Source: a bacterium (GTDB taxonomy: Bacteria; Babelota; Babeliae; Babelales; UBA12409). Taken from it: 64,000 nt of DNA. Shown here one piece after another: positions 63,772 through 64,000 of the stretch. The position numbers were made by a program, and so were the translations under genes. The DNA lies in contig JAKANL010000001.1 in NCBI GenBank assembly GCA_021823685.1, positions 38,831 to 102,830 of the forward strand, given 5' to 3'. Below the pieces are notes generated by a model. The model saw only the letters and a program-made list of their open reading frames with translations, ran no database searches and was not told the DNA's origin. The number at the start of each line of letters is the position of its first letter. The stretch's first letter is position 1.

Positions 63772-64000
63772 ATGAAACGATTGATAGCATTGGGTAGTGT
63801 TGTAGGTTTTACGCTGGGGCTTGGTTTTTTTGTTATTTCACAAAACCAGCAGTCACTTGTTGAGCGTAGTATGCCAATAACAGCCAATATCGTTGATCAG
63901 GGTGAATCTATGGTTGAACGGGCCGTCCTGGATGAATCAAAACTCGAACCCTGTGTGCGCGAGGGCGAATTTGTGTGTCGTTTAGGCGACGCCAATTACG
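63772..64000 (+). CDS. hypothetical membrane-anchored protein, 5' part only (runs off the window end)
   Basis: My own translation: GGGGGAATG-ATG 63772, MMKRLIALGSVVGFTLGLGFFVISQNQQ..., stop-free to position 64000. Confidence 0.5.
   Translation, partial: MKRLIALGSVVGFTLGLGFFVISQNQQSLVERSMPITANIVDQGESMVERAVLDESKLEPCVREGEFVCRLGDANY

Overview
Densely coding bacterial chromosomal segment: about 60 protein genes, 4 tRNAs, no rRNA, no CRISPR array and no transposase or integrase ORF. The housekeeping backbone is mnmA, a pgsA-like gene, ssb, grpE, dnaE, yicC-like, yebC-like, ruvB, a SEDS (RodA/FtsW) gene, cdd, uvrA, mutS, rplU, glyQS, an HtrA-like protease, tlyA and dnaA. Accessory blocks sit between these genes. 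(1) An 11-gene glycan cluster at 33.4-43.6 kb combines a GDP-mannose 3,5-epimerase-like enzyme, a GT10 fucosyltransferase-like enzyme, a GT32 enzyme, two paralogous GT-like proteins and four methyltransferases. Nearly every product has an N-terminal hydrophobic signal-anchor. (2) A four-gene operon of orphan exported or membrane proteins, including a 923-aa P-loop protein, lies between uvrA and mutS at 23.9-30.1 kb. (3) A rearranged locus at 43.6-46.3 kb holds paralogous small Cys-containing secreted proteins. Their sigma70-like promoters have (TAC)n triplet repeats as the -35/-10 spacer, and chimeric fragments of a DedA/YqaA gene lie alongside. (4) A dispersed family of GC-rich modular intergenic repeats occupies 45.5-54.6 kb. 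One copy is flanked by an 18-bp duplication of a tRNA-Arg 3' end, and two copies bracket a roughly 4-kb segment containing an ankyrin protein, two tRNA-Arg genes and two orphan secreted proteins. (5) A peptidoglycan-turnover cluster sits at 54.6-59.4 kb. A signal-peptide ankyrin protein, eukaryote-type glycosyltransferases and many orphan exported proteins suggest a host-associated lifestyle, but no taxon can be assigned from this window. All calls come from reading the sequence and ORF translations; no database search was possible.
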